From Squalus acanthias (taxonomy: Eukaryota): 64,000 nt of DNA. The translations under genes were made by a program, and so were the position numbers. Below are positions 62,615 to 64,000 of this stretch, in pieces. How positions within the stretch are numbered: the stretch's first letter is position 1; each line of letters starts with the position of its first letter. Under the pieces are notes generated by a model. It ran no database searches and had not been told where the DNA came from. It was given only the letters and a program-made list of their open reading frames with translations. The stretch covers positions 4,712,001 to 4,776,000 of the forward strand of contig CM059433.1 of NCBI GenBank assembly GCA_030390025.1, written 5' to 3'.

Positions 62615-63062
62615 GAAACATAGAATAATAGGAGCAGGAGTCGGCCATTCGGCCCTTCGAGCCTGCTCCGCCATTCAATATGATCATGGCTGCTCCTCTA
62701 TCTCAATACCATATTCCCGCTCTCTCCCCATACCTCTTGATGCCTTTTCTGTCTAGAAATCTATCTATCTTCTTCTTAAATATATTCAGTGACTTGGCCT
62801 CCACAGCCTTCTGTGGTAGAGAATTCCACAGGTTCACCACCCTCTGAGTGAAGAAATTTCTCCTCATCTCAGTCCTAAATGTCCTACCCCGTATCCTGAG
62901 ACTGTGACCCCTCGTTCTAGACCCCCCAGCCAAGGGGAAACATCCTCCCTGCATCCAGTCTGTCCAGCCCTGTCAGAATTTTATACGTTTCAATGAGATT
63001 CCCTCTCATTCTTCTAAACTCCAGTGAATACAGGCCTAGTCGACCCAATCTCTCCTCATACA
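62615..63062 (-). mobile_element. CR1 3' end
   Basis: SRTRGHSLRIRGRTFRTEMRRNFFTQRVVNLWNSLP plus tail. Confidence 0.9.
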
Positions 63063-64000
63063 GACCAGGACCCCATTCCCCCACCAATCATCGCACAACC
63101 TCCTGGGAGAGGCAAAGAGAGAAGAAACCAGAGGCCAATTTAAAGAAAAGAAACTCTGCGACATTCTCCTCCGCTTCCCAAAGGTGAACAAAGAAGCTTC
63201 AGGAGACGGCAGTGACGGAGACAGATCTCCAATACCCACACTCAGGAAATCATCCAGCTCCCTTTTGAATGTTTGCAGCAGATCCATGATCACTGCACAA
63301 GCCAGCACCTCGCCTCTGAATAATTGCGAGGGCCTCAGTATCACCCACCGGGTGAGGCAATTACAACTGGAAACACTATTATAATTGGGGCCTAACAAAG
63401 GCCTTATGCAAAAACAGTGCAGCATTTCTTTGTATAATTTACGTCCTGGTAATACAACTGGACACTCTATTTGGATTTCCAATAGCCTTGCAGCACTGGC
63501 CCTGAACCTTCCGAGATTCACGCATTAGAACATCCAGCTCCTGGTCTTATGGTATGAAAAATGAGAACAAATAAGGAACCTGAGTTCGTCAAATTTTAAA
63601 GACGGTTTTCAAAAAAAAAGGGAGTCAATTCTTCAGTCAGGACAATGTGATCTCCAGGAAAGCTGCAGAGCACTGACGGGCGGCACAATTAGAAAAGTTC
63701 AGAGGACAAAAAGTTCATTTCACTGATCCCCATTATAAACATTTTGAAGTTGCATTCTCCACTTTAGCTTTATAGCCCATTAAAACTTACAAAGTATATC
63801 CATTCTGCAAGATAAGGATCTTGGGGGGGGGGAAAAAAAAGATTTACTGCAAGCTGGAAAAGATCATTCAGCATGAAGGGGTTAATCAATCTCCCTCCAC
63901 CAAAAAAAGCAAGAAAAACACAGATTATTATGCGGATTTCTATTATTAGAGTGTTTAGGCTAGGCAACATTTTTCACAGTTGTCCTGACCTTCAATAGCT

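Overview
Eukaryotic, repeat-rich vertebrate DNA. The repeats (SacSINE1-like DeuSINEs, CR1/L2 LINEs, Penelope elements, Harbinger transposons) point to a cartilaginous fish; the taxon is inferred. The only recognisable host coding sequence is the first coding exon of GREB1 on the minus strand (632-791), so the rest of the window is GREB1 5' intron/upstream DNA. Main observations: (1) two perfect estrogen response elements (16286, 20585) and near-perfect ones (16532, 16973, 57335) upstream of a classic estrogen-target gene; (2) Penelope-derived minimal hammerhead ribozyme motifs, one set between the arms of a perfect 76-bp inverted repeat; (3) a nested Harbinger/Penelope/CR1 cluster at 25.5-32.6 kb with spliced Myb/SANT genes; (4) a frame-preserving 28-bp micro-inversion in a CR1 RT ORF; (5) minisatellites that arose inside a SINE and a CR1 3' stem-loop. 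I found no prokaryote-type systems. Most ORFs in the supplied track are transposon fragments or spurious. Repeat boundaries were read by eye and are approximate unless a TSD or TIR is quoted.
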